Shown: piece by piece, positions 50,555 to 64,000 of the stretch
Numbering within the stretch: position 1 is the stretch's first letter
Layout: each line of letters opens with the position of its first letter
From: Podarcis bocagei
Lineage: Eukaryota
DNA: 64,000 bases
Direction: 5' to 3' (one strand)
Assembly: GCA_964188305.1 (NCBI GenBank)
Contig: OZ076886.1
The notes under the pieces: generated by a model
The model's database searches: none
Seen by the model: only the letters and a program-made list of their open reading frames with translations
What the model was told of the DNA's origin: nothing
Made by a program: the position numbers and the translations under genes

Positions 50555-53500
50555 CAGTCTATGTTACATCAATATATTTATTGCCTTAGAGGTTGAACTC
50601 TTTTGTATACAGAAATCTAAATCCATCAAGCAAAAATAAATAAATAAACTGTACATTCATTTTTAGGTTCGTAGCAGCAATTTCTTCTCAGAAATAAAAC
50701 AGGAAGACAGATTAAACAGCTTGCATGTTCCTTCCAGTCCGAAGTACTCTGGTGGGTACTTGCAACTAAACCGGGGTTTAGTTCAGAGTATTTTTGTGTG
50801 TATTATATGCCATATATCTATCCGTTCTGATCTGTTGAGTTGCAAAGCTAGAGAGCTAATGCCTGACAAAAAGGATGTGCAATAGGTATTTTTACTGTAT
50901 TATTTTTTACATTTTACATTATACAAAAAATGCAAACGTTACCCCTTTATTTACAAATGAGAACAGTCTCAGAGGGAAAATAGACACCGAAAGCAAAGGC
51001 ATAGAAGAATCAAACCCAGTGATTGAGGCTAAAAGTATACCTCCACTACAAATTTAAATCAATTTTGAGCCTGCTATGGTTTTTAAGCAAGGAACCTTGT
51101 GAACTGAAGTTCACTTTGAACTATGAAGTCACCAAACTACAGTTCCCAAGGTTCAGTGGGGAGACCAGGCCACTTAAACCAATTTGTAATGTAGTTCAGG
51201 TTCACTTATCTAAGCTTTAAACGCTGAGGCCGGGAATGTATCAGTACAGCAGTCAGCTGAAGAAATTCCTAACAATGCCAAGAGAGGTGGGACAAGTATT
51301 TCTGGTTGTTTGTTTCTCAGCCTAAAACTGATCTTACCAAGGAGATAATACTAGGATACAGCTGCACTTTGCTCTGAAGTAGTGAAAATCAAACATAATT
51401 GCGAAAGGAGCCTGGAGCGGCTTTCAGGGTCCCCCCCCCCTTCTCCTGAGGGAAAGCTTCAATCTTCTGAGAGAAAAGGGAAGAAACAGACTAGCTATGT
51501 TTGTACACAACCTGATCAAACTACTTTTCACTCTAAACGAATACAAGTCTGACAGAGTCTCAGGTGTACTAATCCTATTCCTTGTTGTGAAGCTAATAAA
51601 GCAGGCATCCAGAAACATGATAAGCCTTTTTCTCTTTCATGACAGGCTTTCACCTCTGACAGCCAAGAGCAATAGCTCTTTTCAGAGACATCTAAAAAGG
51701 GCTTGTATACATCAAGAGACAAGTTATTCACATTACTCCTCCACTAAAGTAGGCCTCTGACATCCATTTTGAGGAAGAGCTTCAACAAGGCACTGGTGTA
51801 TTCCTAGTGCTGAATAGAAATGTAATTCTCTGCATCTTCATCCCCAACAGGAATTCTGTTGCAAACTGGGAAAACAGAATTAAAATATGTTTCTACCACT
51901 CCCAGAGTATGATTTGAGCTGCGTGGAATGAGTAATGAGTTTTGACACATAGCAGATTCTTACTGATGGAAGTGTAAATAGGCACTATTGAACTCATATT
52001 GAGACAAAAATTGTCAAAGCAATATAGGAATTATTTTCTCTCTCTGGGTATTTTCTCTCTTTACACAAAAATTCCCCCAATGGCAGCAAGTCTGCAGCAG
52101 GAAAAAGTTCGGCTTTGAGACCTCCATTCTCCCTGCCAATAACATAGTTGCAACCTTCAGAGCCGCACATACCTGCATTTGCAGGTTTGCCAACTCTTCA
52201 CAAAAGTTGAAAAGCAAGGGAAAGGCTCAGTACATGTAATTTTCTTGCCGCAGTGATGGAACAAACACCACCTGCCGCACAGTAACCGAGGGTTTAAATA
52301 CCGAAACCTCTACATGGAAGTCTAAAAAAACAACCACTTTGCATATTTGTGGTAGTGTTCTACAGCTGAACATTTGTCACATCACTGGTATGGAAATGCT
52401 ACAAACACCTGGGTGACTCACACATGGGTACAGAGTTTTCAAATGTCATACTTGCTAAGTAAAATGTGGCCACACAGACCTTTTTGGTTTTGATTCTCCA
52501 TAACTTGCTGTTTTCTTCTTTTTAATTGTTGGATTGAATTGGAGAGTTGTGTGTTTCATATCAATCAGGCAAGAAACTAACAGAAAAATCTGGAAGAAGA
52601 AAGCTGATGAAGAATATGAAAACGTCCCCCTTTCCAGACATTCGTGCCTTACTCATCAGGTCTATATAGTGGCTTTGTCTCAAATTTATGAAGTTACTAT
52701 CTTTGGAAAGTGGGGGCACTTTACGTTTGACATCTACACTTTGCAACTTTAGAAACCAAGTGGCAAGACAGGATAGGAATTCTAGTGAGAAACTCAATTT
52801 CTTGCCAATAAATAAATAAATAAATCCATCCTGAGTTAATTTGCAAGGTGTGGGAAGAATAGTAAGATAGGCAGATATGCTTCCATAAGTACTACTTATA
52901 CAAGGTGAATTGCAACTCCAAAACAACAGCTTGGAAATTAAGCTTAGCACCTTTGATCTAGAGGCTTCAAGTAACAATAGAAAACGTGCAAGTCAGTAAG
53001 AGTCCGAAGATATTTTTAAGAATTCAAAAGAGAGTCTTGTGAAATAGACAGTGGATATGGCACCACAGACAAAGTTGTGAAAAGGATTCTGGAAGACAAA
53101 AGCAGCAGCAATTTAAACACTGAAGCATGAGGTAGTAAACTTACAGTGGCAGACTTATGAAAGCATTTGGCATTCCAAAGAATATGGATAAAGACCGGTG
53201 AAGGGAAAGATCATTCAGGAAAAAGCAAAAAACAAAATTTGATGGTCCACTTAAATTTGTATTTGGGAGCCTAACCTTAGCGAAGTAGAATGTGAAAGGG
53301 CAGGCATCTCAAGAACAGACATATGAAGCCTACCCACCCCCCAAAATAGAAAATGTGGGATATATATATAGGGAGAGGTGTCTAGGTGAACTTTTTAAGT
53401 TAAAAGAAAACTCTCTGGAGCACAGAGTCAAGAAACTGTACTTTGAGGAGAAAAGAGCCACAGAGGAAGAATCAAGAACAGACACAAAACTCGTTAAATC

Positions 53501-56072
53501 CAGCCACAAGAATCTCTTAGGATCATTTTTGTGATAGCCTTTGCAGCCAAAGGTGACTGGGAAAAGTCAAACTGGAAAGGGCAAAAGGTAGGCTGCTAAG
53601 GGAATTCAGAAACTAGTATTTCATGTCCCTGGGTTTCTTTTTGAAGCAAGGAGGGCGAAAGAGTGAAAAACATGTTTGTGACATGCATTTTAAATTGCAG
53701 CATGGCAAAGAATAACCAGGGGAAAATATAACATCATCCAAGACATTTTGCATATCCCATTCCCACTCAATGGGGAAGCTACACATCAGGTCAAGAAGTT
53801 ATGCTAAACATAGCAAATGGCGGGTGAACTCCAAGTTTGGCCCCTTTCCTTTCCTAGCTCTTGTACCTTTCTTTCAGTCTGTCATCTTGAGCTGTACTAG
53901 GTTGACAATAAAATGGCTAATTCCTTGAACCTCACAATACTCAGGGCAGAACTTCACACAGTGGATCATTCCATGCTTCTTTTTCACAGAATTTGAAGCA
54001 AGCGGGCTGGGGGGCACAACCCTTTCTCCTCATGCTGTTTTCTCCACTGAAGATTGCTTTACTCTCCACTGAGGAAAGCTTTGGGACTCCCCAGGAAAAA
54101 CAACATGAACAAAAAGGGTTAAGAAGCCCCTCTTCTCCACACTGGCCTTACTTTTCAAACTTCAGCCTCAGTTTTCGGGGGTGAGCATGACATTCAGAGC
54201 TCCTCCAAATTGGGACTACTTCACCAAATATTTTCTGAAGGGGAATAATTCAACAGAGGATTTGGGAGAGGGCTCATCATTAGCAGCAGCAGATTTCCTT
54301 CCTTCCTTCCTTCCTTCCTTTTTACAAAAAGATCCTGTGAATCCCACATGATGCCATGACTCTGCAAATTTCAAGGCACTGAGTGGGGGGGAAATGGTTG
54401 CCTCCAAACACAAAAGTTGGAACAATCACCTGCCCTCCCCACCTTGAAACTTAGGAGAGCCTACCCAGCCCATTTTGCAGCCCACAACTCGGCTGGAGAA
54501 ATAAGAGGAAAGAAACTGAGCTCCACCCATGAATATTTTTTTTAAGCCTGAAAAAATTATAATCACAAACTACATGCAATTGTCTCAGGGTTACTATCAA
54601 TGGTGGAAAACGCCAATCATTAGAAGATTGCTAGGCTATTCTAGAAAATCAGAACTGACTGACAAAATGTAACCTATATGTTTTGAGTTAGAAATCTGTA
54701 TTTTTGAGCTTAATAATTCTACAGAGACTTTTAAAATGCCTCCCAATACAATAGTGATTGCATTCCAACACAAGCTATGGCAGCAAAGTCCAGCTATTGG
54801 AGTGCTACATACACACACTCACTGTAAACAGAGGGCACTATTATACAGCACCGTAAAATCTCTCTTGGCAGACACTTTATATATATGTATTGTTACAACA
54901 TGTTGCACAGCTTCTTCTGATGATTACTGAATCATAAGGGGGGAAACAGTTAATAATACTGATTTTCTAAATAATCACCATGCATACTTTTCAGTAGTCT
55001 TAAAACATGCTTCTCAGGAACAATCAAACTAGCATTAGAGGCATGTCATTCAGAACCTAGAAGCAATCAGGACTACGCTTGCAGGTATCACAAGCAAATT
55101 ATTCTCTTCAATCACCATCAGGGAAATCAGCCACTTCTATAATGTATAACTGTGCCTAAGCATAAAACACCATCTTCTCTATTTTAAGCAACTTATGTAC
55201 ATCGCCTTAAGTCTTTACCGCTGCAACACACAAATGGATGAAATGAACAATAAAAAAAAACCTGGATTGCAATTTCTGGGTTGTTCCAACCCATTTTACA
55301 ATACATACATTTAGACAAGCTCCAGGTAGAGAAGTTACATAGTTAGCTACATTCACTGTTTGCTGGTGGCGCGGGGTGGGTGGGTGGGGAAGCAGGGGAA
55401 GATGGTTTTAAGAGCATAGGCTGTGTAAATACTGAAGAAAAGGCCAAATACTGCCTTTGATCACAAATGAGTTAGAGAGAAAAGGCATCCCATCAGCAAA
55501 TAACCACTTGATTCAGTTTCCATTCCCTTTTTGTTCAAGACACAATCTTGGACACCAGAGGGCACCGTGATTCAACTCTGGAATACCTCCCCACCCATGC
55601 ATGCTATTAGGAGGAGGGAGAGATGAGATCCAAACAAGTCCATACCTAAAGCCATTCCTCCTTTTCACACGCTCTGAATTCCATTGCCATTTTTTATAAA
55701 CGTGCTTTTCCATGATTTCAAATTACTAGCATTCCACAATGAAGTACCAAGGTCAATGGCATACTCTGCTTCTTTTGCAGCCACGTAGAAAAACAGAGCT
55801 ACTTTTAGACCACATGGGTTTTTAATATACAGCAATACTTGCCCCACAAATTCTGGAAGTTGCACAGTTCAAGGACTTAGGAGATCTGTCTCTTTGTGGA
55901 GGCAGCAGCTTCCTTGGCCAAATTTTAGTCCAAACAAGCTGGTAGCTGGCTCAAGACGCTCCTGCCTTCTTCCCTTTTAGTCAGAGGAAGAGAAGAAGTT
56001 ACAAAACAATTCACAAAGTAGCATGCAGCTGCCACCACTGTTCATGCTGCTGGCTGAGTAATGGCAATCAGA
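50555..56072 (-). other. LSM11: Probable long LSM11 3'UTR (about 5.5 kb; end inferred)
   Basis: Minus-strand AATAAA at 50582-50577 with upstream UGUA and U-rich elements and a U-rich downstream tract; a second AATAAA at 50951-50946 overlaps TGTAAATA. Confidence 0.5.
54296..54320. repeat. (CCTT)n microsatellite
   Basis: Directly visible. Confidence 0.9.
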
Positions 56073-56456
56073 TCAATGGGCTAGATGAACAAGCAAGACA
56101 TTCTCCCCCCGAATAAAAATCTGGTTTATGTGCCGTGTGAAAACTTGCTGGTAATCCACTTTGGGCCTCCGCTTTTTCCGTGATCGACCTCTTGTGCCAC
56201 CTGCACTTGTCCCTTCTGTTTGGGAGATTCTGCCAGACAGCTCAATCTCTTTCCCATAAGTTCGAGGCAGGCTAGAGCTCCGTGTCCTCTCTTTGCTCGA
56301 GCGCTTCTTTGCCCCTCGTTCTTCTGACCTCCTCCGACCTGACTCAGATTTCCACCGAAGTGTCCTAGGATCACATGGAAGAGCTGGCAGATCAGCAGCC
56401 ATCTTTGAAACGTCCTTTTTAACCAGGGACTCTTGCAGCTTGAGTCTGTCGAACAG
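56073..56456 (-). CDS. LSM11: LSM11 last coding exon: LFDRLKLQ...long Sm1-Sm2 insert...[23 protein letters not shown]
   Basis: Minus strand ctgtag| acceptor at 56458-56457; in frame with ORF 56073..56402; Sm2 motif IFIRGENV. Confidence 0.97.
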   Translation of the reverse strand: MFDRLKLQESLVKKDVSKMAADLPALPCDPRTLRWKSESGRRRSEERGAKKRSSKERTRSSSLPRTYGKEIELSGRISQTEGTSAGGTRGRSRKKRRPKVDYQQVFTRHINQIFIRGENVLLVHLAH

Positions 56457-58396
56457 CTACAGGGGGTGGGAGGAAACAAATATGTCATGAAAGCTGTCAT
56501 CTCATTCTGTAATCTGAAAGCATATGGCCCACCATGGAGGGCCAAGCTAGAGAGCGGGTGTTTTTTGCAAGAGGAAAAATACACAGCAATGCTTTTCATG
56601 TACAGTACTTTCTGTTGGCTGGATAATACAAGCTGTAAGCACTCTAATGCTAAGGAGATTACTTATTTGGCAGTTATGGAGTTATCCAGCTTCCACGTTT
56701 TCTGTGTGCATGACTAACGCACCTCACGCATGTACACATAGCAGATTTGGCTTTGTGACAAATGCCACTGCCATGACTTTGTACTGCTCTGTTAAATCCT
56801 GGGGCTAAAGCAATAGATCAATCTGATTTGAGCTGTAACCCCTCTGGGACAAGGACTGCATCATTTCAGTCTGTTGTGTGAATAGAGCCTAGTTCATTGC
56901 TGGTGCTGAATAAATGTTAAACAGTAAGCGGTACTAGTGGATACATTTTGCTGGATAAATCTGCTGACCACTGGTCATGAAGAGCAATGGCTAATGGAGA
57001 ACTCACACATGCATGCTCATCATTTTAGGAAGCTGCCCATGTGAAAAGGCTATCAAGGGCATAACCATAGACAGAAGTTTCCTCTCCCTTTAACAGTGTT
57101 TCCCAAGGAAGCAGGCTGCAAAGCAACAAGTCCTAAGCCTTCAAGAACATGTATAACAGTTGCAAGGGGGGGGGGGGAATACACTGTCTGCCACCTATAA
57201 CTGAAGCTTGCAAAACACATCCAGTATCAAATGTTTTTAATTATGTTTTGTATATATTTATAGTTTGCTTTTATTGCGTTCCATATGTTGTAAGCCACCT
57301 TGTTAACATTTTATGAAAGAGTGGGTTAATGTTGCCAAGCGCGCCAAAAGATAAAGGTTTTGGAAAAAGAAATCTCTACCCTTGGCCAGCAACTTTATAA
57401 GTTCTTTACAAGGTAAGGGCTGGAAAGTGGGAACGGGGCCCACTTTTGCTGCTCTATCTATTTACCTAACATTAAGAAATGAGCTAGCGCTACAGCTTAA
57501 CCTTAAGTCTGTTTTGAAATAAAATACACCCTTAGTATGTGGGAAATTTAGCTTATAGGCTTAACTTTAGTGTACTTGCACCAGCCAACTACAAGGCTGG
57601 CCCAAGACATTTTGCTGTCTGAGGCAAAGAACAAGATGGTGTGTCCCCCCGCCCCAATCGCATGTACAGAATCCAGCTGGAATGGAAATTAGCAGGCTAG
57701 CTTGGGTAGGCCATGGTGTGGCACACACAACTCTCCCTTCCAACACCTTGCCACCATTCTCTTCTCCTCCATATCTGCTGCCTCACTCTGGCTACTCTGG
57801 CAACCTAAAAGCAACAAGACAGGCCAATAATTTGATTACAACACTTTATACAGCTACAAAATTGTATCTTCATTCAGAGTCAAGTGGCATACAATATATA
57901 CAAGGTAACACCAACTAATGTGACTGCAGATAATTTCCCAAAGTAGAGGATTTTTTCAATGATGTATCAAACCGAGAACGATTCAAGCTTGAGGCAACAT
58001 GCCTTCCAAAATAAGTATAAAGTCCCAACCACAGCACGGATGCGCCTGGTTAGATCCAAGACTTATTCATATATTTAGCAGTGAACACGCTGAAAGAAGT
58101 TGATGCTCCAGAGGCAGTAGCAGGACTGTCCTTCCTGGATAACCGACTGTTATCTTTCTTCCTCAGCAAATAAGAGGTCCGAGAGGGTACATAGGTTACA
58201 ATGGTTCAGCTTTCACTACTAATTAGTGACTTTGAATAAAGATACAATTTAGTAGCTATATAAAGTGTTGTAATCAAATTATTAGCCTGTCGTGTTGCTT
58301 TCAGGTTGCCAGATTTTTCTGTTTGCAACACAGGGGATCTTTGCTGTCACTCTGGCTGGCCCAGAACAACAGACAAGCAGGAGAATGGCTACTTAC

Positions 58397-58480
58397 CCTG
58401 GTGAGAGTCAACTGTGGCTCTACATAGAAAGCTTTACCCAGCACAGGTTTTCGATACGTCTCATCTACGTCTGTCAGGGC
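58397..58480 (-). CDS. LSM11: LSM11 exon 3: [28 protein letters not shown]
   Basis: Minus strand ccctag| ... AGG|gtaagt; 84 bp, phase 0 to 0. Confidence 0.96.
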
Positions 58481-59776
58481 CTAGGGCAAGGGAAGCAGAA
58501 AGAAAATATCAAGGCAGGCTGTGGCTGTACATGGCATTTTTGTAATGTAACTTTTAAGGCCTGGGTGCAGAGAATTAGGAATTAGCATTATCCAGCTTAC
58601 ACATTACTCCAATAATTTAATCCTTTCCGGGTTGTTGTTTTTTTATAAAGACACTGCTTACAATTATATTTTTTTAAAAGAAAAACGGAAGCAAGCACAA
58701 ATTTAAACAGGATACCTGCAGAATTACAATTACAAAATGTTTGCACATTTCTTTTCATCTTCTCCTTAGCCCTTTTCAGAAGTGCTCTGCATGCCTGACT
58801 GCCCCACCCCTAATATCCCCAGGGGCACCACGCTTCCAAGTTCCCGGGTTCAGTACAAGAGGAGTCTGTGCACATAGACTTCTCCATATGAACGAAAGCA
58901 CTATGCATTGGGGCTCCTCCTTTTGAACTTCTGCCAAAGATGAAGAGGTTGGGGGGGGGGCTGTGTTAAAGGGCGTAGCCACTTGCCTCTTGCCCTTCCC
59001 TATTCTTCTTAAGGTCCAGTCAGTTTGGTTAGGATTCTGGCCTGGTGATGCAAATAAAACTTTTTCTCTGATTCTGTATCAAGTTTTGTGCTTACACTTG
59101 CAGCTAGCACTCTAGACTGCACATTCAGATCGTGTCTTAATTCTGACTCGTCAGCATCCAGTTTGAACTAAACTAAAAAGCCCTTGCAGAGTTAGCATAA
59201 CACGGAAGGAACCTTAACAAAAAGATGACAAACTGCTGTGCATGTGGGAGAGAGGTCAAGAGAATGATGGGGGGGGGGGGGGCTTAATGCCAGACGACTT
59301 GGGGTTCCAGTGAAACAGATGACTACTAGGGCTTTTGTTGCATATTTTAGGGAGATTTCTGCTTTCACCCATACATTTTCAAAGACATTTTATGCATGTC
59401 TTTCACTTAGCAACCATAACATGTAACAAGAAAGTAAAGGAGGTGGGAAAGATCTTGCGGGGGGGGGGGGATGGGGGGCTTAAACAAGAGAGGGAAGGAG
59501 GAAGGTAAGTAAGTGAGAACAACCTAATACAATTAGCTCAGCTTGTGTTAACCGAAGACAAGACTCTGAAGAAACACTCCCTGGTCAACAGGGTGCAGGA
59601 CTGTTCCACTGATGAAGCCTTGCCTTGAACTGACCAGATAAGAGCCAAGACTCACTTTTACCTGAAAACTAGAGGATCGTCCTTACCCCTATGCTGAACA
59701 TGCCATCTGGTTGAAGTAACCCTTTGCCAATTGGTAATTAGCTGTAAAATCATAGAAAGGGGGTGACAATCCTTAC

Positions 59777-59916
59777 CATATTCCAGAACTTGTCAAATGC
59801 AACCAAGAACCCACTGCAGACTCCACGAAGTCCTTTGAAAGTTCGGACGTGGACGTTGACTTTTACACCATCACGCACGCATCGGTGAAGCTCCCCAAGC
59901 GGACTGCCTTCGTGAA
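59777..59916 (-). CDS. LSM11: LSM11 exon 2 (Sm motif 1): [46 protein letters not shown]
   Basis: Minus strand ttctag| ... ATG|gtaagg; 140 bp, phase 1 to 0; manual translation, absent from the ORF track. Confidence 0.96.
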
Positions 59917-59992
59917 CTAGAATAAATGTAAACTGCCATTACTTTTTACTGAAACAAATGCCATGGAGAATAAAACAAAACTATTCACTGTT

Positions 59993-60081
59993 AAAATAAA
60001 AAAATTCCTTCCTGTAGCACCTTAAAGACCAACTAAGTTTTTTATTTTAACTATGGCAGACCAACACGGCTACCCATCTGT
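59993..60081. mobile_element. Truncated, internally inverted Penelope-like insertion with 14-bp flanking direct repeats
   Basis: aactattcactgtt at 59979 and 60082; gtagcaccttaaagaccaact and cagaccaacacggctacc are motifs I recall from reptile Penelope ends. Confidence 0.7.
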
Positions 60082-60521
60082 AACTATTCACTGTTTTAAC
60101 TCAAAGCATTACAGTGAACTCTGCTTAGGGAAAATGTCACAAATTTATACACTCATACCAAGTATCCACTCAGCTGCAATGCCTTAACTAGATTCCTGTA
60201 CAGCAGGATTAGGAAAGCTTTAGCCCTCCCATTATCCTCAGCCATTAGCCATCCTGGCTGAGTCTGATGGAAGTTGAGAGTCCAACCACATCTGAAGGGT
60301 CATAGGTTCCCCATCCTTACTCTAGTCTACAACCTGCTTTGGGGAAGATCTAAGAAACAAATTTGCCCTGTTTGCACCAATACTACTTTTCACTTTTGCC
60401 ATGATATAACAAGTTAGTCTTTAAAGTGACATGTCTGAATGCAGTTAAGGAATAACAAATTTAGCTACGCTTTATAACACTACTGAAGACTTCAGTTTTC
60501 TTATGTCATAGTAACAACATA

Positions 60522-60736
60522 CAGTGGTACCTCGGGTTACAAACACTTCGGGTTACAAACTCTGCTAACCCAAAAGTAGTTGCTCTGGGTTGTGAACTCT
60601 GCCCCAGGATGAGAATGGAAATTGCGCGCTGGCAGCGGGAGGCCCCATTAGCGAAAGCGCGCCTCAGGTTAAGAACGGTTTCGGGTTACAAATGGACCTC
60701 CAAAACGAATTAAGTTCGTAAACTGAGGTACCACTG
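60522..60736. mobile_element. Tigger-like MITE
   Basis: TA|cagtggtacctcgggttac ... gtaaactgaggtaccactg|TA. Confidence 0.88.
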
Positions 60737-61584
60737 TATAAGCAAAATTGGTCAACCTCACCTAGCTATTAAGATTTACAACCCACAAAATCCCAGTAAG
60801 TAATATAAAGTGGAACTCAGGCTTATTTAAATCAGAACCAGTGTCTGCAAGGTCAGTCTTGTCTTATTCTGAACACTGAGCTCCATGGGCTCAAAGCGTA
60901 AGACTTGCAGAAAATGACCAAGGTTTCACAACTCTTGCACATATCAGTTTGTTCCTTAGTCCTGTGTGTTTTCGGGAATGCTTATCTGTGGAAAATTTTG
61001 CTAATAAAGCACTCTGATCCTGTCCTAATGGCACTGAATGGCCTATTCAACCTCTTATCAATCATATCCAGCTGGCATAGTTCCCTAACCCTATCACCAC
61101 CAAATACAAAGAGATGCTTCTACACTCTGATGATGAATTCTCCAGAGGAGGAAAAACCCTGTGTTAGATTTGTCTCTGCAGCGCATAACCATTCTGTGAA
61201 CATCAAAAACTATTATGCTCTGCATGTAGCTATTATTTTTCTGTGGCTTAAAAGCAATGCAGATGCATTGTCAATCATTTGTGCAGTCTAGGAGGCCATA
61301 ATTACCTCCCTAATAGTTCAAAATGGATTTTTCCCCAATGTAAAGTATGTGTTTAATACCCAAATTCTAAAGGATAATTAAAAGGCTACTGGGGGTTGTC
61401 ACCATACAACATAAATATTTTTAGTAGATAATCACTGCCTCTGTAACAAAGTGCCAATCATCAGCATGGTTCCAGTGGCTTAATTTATACAAGAAAATGA
61501 TCTGTACCCCATAGTTTGATGGGCAACTATAAGCACACTTAGTAGTCACTTGCCTTAATGGGACTACAAGACCGGCAACAAAAA

Positions 61585-62015
61585 CGTATCAGAACATGTT
61601 TAAAAGAGCTGCAGTGGCTACTGGTCTATTTCTGGATTCAGTTTAAAATGTTGACTTTTAACCTTTAAAGCCCTAAACAGTCTGGGAGCCTGGGACCTGG
61701 CCATCTAAATAATGGCATTCTTTAAAATCAGCCTCAAAGGCCCTTCTCCATGGACATCTGTCTTTGGAGGGTAAGTGACTGGCTACAAGGGGGAAGGTCT
61801 TTTCAGTGGTAACACCCAAATTTTGGTCACCCCCGCTAGACAAATATGCAAACGCATCAGGTCAAGTTCATCCTGCTTTCGTCTCTTTTAAATGCCTGTT
61901 ATTTTAATGGCTTCGCCTGGTGTTTTTTATGGCTTTTTGTGATGCTTTCATAGTTAGCTTAAATGTGTGTGTGTGTGTATAAGCGGCAGTAAGGTATGAA
62001 AAATGCCTTCTAAGT
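61585..62015 (+). mobile_element. Old L2 3' fragment
   Basis: aaaagagctgcagtggcta...tttaaaatgttg...acctttaaagccctaaacag...aggtcttttcagtggtaacaccc. Confidence 0.6.
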
Positions 62016-62081
62016 AAAACACACAGAGAGAGAGAGATTCAAATAATCCTAAATAGAAAGCAAAAAAACATGTTAGTACTA

Positions 62082-62312
62082 CAGTCGTACCTTGGTTTTC
62101 GAACAGCTTAGTGCTCCAACGTTTTGGCTCCCAAACACCACAAACCTGGAAGTGACTGTTCCGGTCTGCGAATTATTTTTGGAAGCCAAACATCCAATGG
62201 GGCTTCCATGGCTTTCAACTGAGTACAGAAAGCCACAGCTTGGTTTTTGAATGTTTTCAGAAGTCAAATGGACTTCCGGAACGGATTCCGTTTGAGAACC
62301 AAGGTACGAATG
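62082..62312. mobile_element. Tigger-like MITE
   Basis: TA|cagtcgtaccttggtt ... aaccaaggtacgaatg|TA. Confidence 0.82.
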
Positions 62313-62917
62313 TATTCCATGAACTCTTGCGCAAACAATAGGAGTCTGCACCCACTGCAGGACCAACATGGTTCAGGGTGTTAAATTACAGCTCAAGAAA
62401 CATAGGGAGGACACAAGCCATATAAAAGTCTTAAGAGGAGTTCACACAAACACAATAGCTCCTCTAGATTGTGGATAATTTTTATTGTCAAACACTCTTC
62501 TGCTGTGTCAAGAACAGCCCTCCCATGAGTGGAACAAACTTTCTGCATCTCTGTATCCAAGCCATTCACACATAAGCCAGTGTAGTAACAACGTAGCTTA
62601 TCTAGCATTCTTCGTCTTGCACACCAAATCTTCTGGATAAGCAAACTATGTAAATGTGAATGCCAGACATGTAAACATAAAAGCCAGATATCCAACAGAG
62701 TGGGACAGTACTAATGCCTTATTTATGCTTACAACAAGGCAAAAAACCCTGACTATAAAAAAATTAAATGATGACGCTGACAGCTCTGATTATAGCCTGT
62801 TACAAACTGGCATGCATACTGGACTTGTCCTCACAAAATATCAACTCAAAACTAATGTTTCCATTAGTAAGTGAAATTGATCAACAGAGTGACCCTGAAA
62901 GATGGCAAGATAGGAAG

Positions 62918-63051
62918 CAGGGTAGCCAACATGGTGCTCACTCCATATGCTTAGGGCTACAATTTCCACCATTCCTGATGACTGACCAAGGCTGGAGCTA
63001 ATGGGAACTGTAGCCTTAAACATCTGGCGGGAACCACGTTGGCTACTCCTG
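62918..63051. mobile_element. Short palindromic hAT-like MITE
   Basis: cagggtagccaac ... gttggctactcctg, with internal ggctacaatttcc/gggaactgtagcc. Confidence 0.65.
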
Positions 63052-64000
63052 GATTTAGGATCTTTACAAATATTACAGCCCTTTTGGGATATAAACAGTA
63101 TCAGTTTCCCTGCTCCAGCAATCCCCATCCAGGTGCTAAGGTTAGGATCACTTTACAGCATGGAGCTAGGTCATAGGATTGCAGATCTTCACTCCATATC
63201 CCTTATGGCTCCTCTAAGCAGCGTAGAGACCCACTACCCACAGCATGACGACTGAGCCCCAAGCAACAATGGCTTCTAAACTTTATGTGCCAGGGAATAA
63301 TTACTCACCATAGGAAGACCCTTTCTGGCACTATCGCTTTCTGGTTCTCCAGCTCTATCCATGTGCTGTAAAGACTTTTGGGGAGCTGAAGAATCAGCAT
63401 AATCTCTTCTCTATCTTAACAGCTAAACAGCTATATTTTTATGCATGGGAGAGACCACACTATTATTTGGGTTCTTCAATCATTCTTTGGTCTTTCACAA
63501 AAGCAGAGAAAAAACCGGTAATTGTTATTCAAGGCTTAAAAACAAGAAAGGAATTTAAGATCTCTTCCCATGCAGATTATGTAGCTTTATCAGTCTTGGA
63601 GCCTGTGAAGTTTCAGGGTTTTATTAAGGTTTATTAACTCTGTAATGCTTCCAGCTACAGAATCAATGAATCCAAATCAGACTTTTTGCAGCTTAACGAA
63701 GGATCAGAAAGAGGCTGAGTACAAGAATTCTGTGATATTCTATAGTCTGAGTTTAAGAAGCTACAACTAATCTTGGTACTTTCTTGGTAAATCCTTTTTT
63801 TAATTAGTAATCAACTGATTACTGGGGTTTTTTATCAGTAATCAACAAAATTAAATATGATTTTCAGAAAAGGGGCACATGTATTTTCTGGCTAGGAAGG
63901 ATTGCCTCTACCAAACAACCTATATGTATCTATCGCCAATCATACTGGAGAAAACAAAAGCAAAATAAAGAAGTAACACGTCCTTTAAATAGCATGGCTA

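Noticed and set aside
51672-51692. Histone stem-loop-like GCTCTTTTCAGAG near LSM11
   Set aside because: It is antisense to LSM11, the outer GG/CC pairs are broken (AG...AC), and the context resembles an L2 3' remnant
56126-56599. 157-aa minus-strand ORF overlapping the LSM11 last exon
   Set aside because: Alternative frame crossing the splice acceptor, with no recognisable homology
56457-64000. U7 snRNA or snoRNA in LSM11 introns, and LSM11 exon 1/promoter
   Set aside because: No U7 Sm site plus hairpin or box C/D or H/ACA structure was recognised, and there is no CpG island; exon 1 must lie beyond the window

Overview
This is vertebrate genomic DNA, most likely from a squamate and probably a lacertid lizard, judged from its L2, CR1, tRNA-CR1 SINE, Penelope and Tc1/mariner and hAT MITE content. 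It has three short assembly gaps. Two conserved genes lie tail-to-tail, as I recall they do in mammals. On the + strand is the 3' part of CLINT1 (epsinR/enthoprotin): nine coding exons from 1177 to the stop at 30089, all GT-AG and phase-consistent, with a 3'UTR to about 31.5 kb. On the - strand are LSM11 exons 2-4 (U7 snRNP Sm-like protein; 59916 down to the stop at 56073), with a probable 3'UTR of about 5.5 kb; exon 1 lies beyond the window. Most other ORFs in the track are incidental. I see no convincing novel multi-gene system. The best second-look items are: (1) a solo LTR read through by a stop-free frame from its 5' edge; (2) a 294-bp solo LTR carrying a CTCF/octamer/CCAAT/TATA module; (3) SINEs sharing one CR1 tail but with different tRNA heads (Lys and Asn); (4) a MITE holding a palindromic 60/120-bp higher-order repeat; (5) a candidate 18-nt CLINT1 microexon; (6) apparent loss of the internal splice acceptor that gives the short human CLINT1 isoform; (7) a sense-biased intronic hairpin. 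Comparisons with human proteins and TE families are from memory, not from searches.
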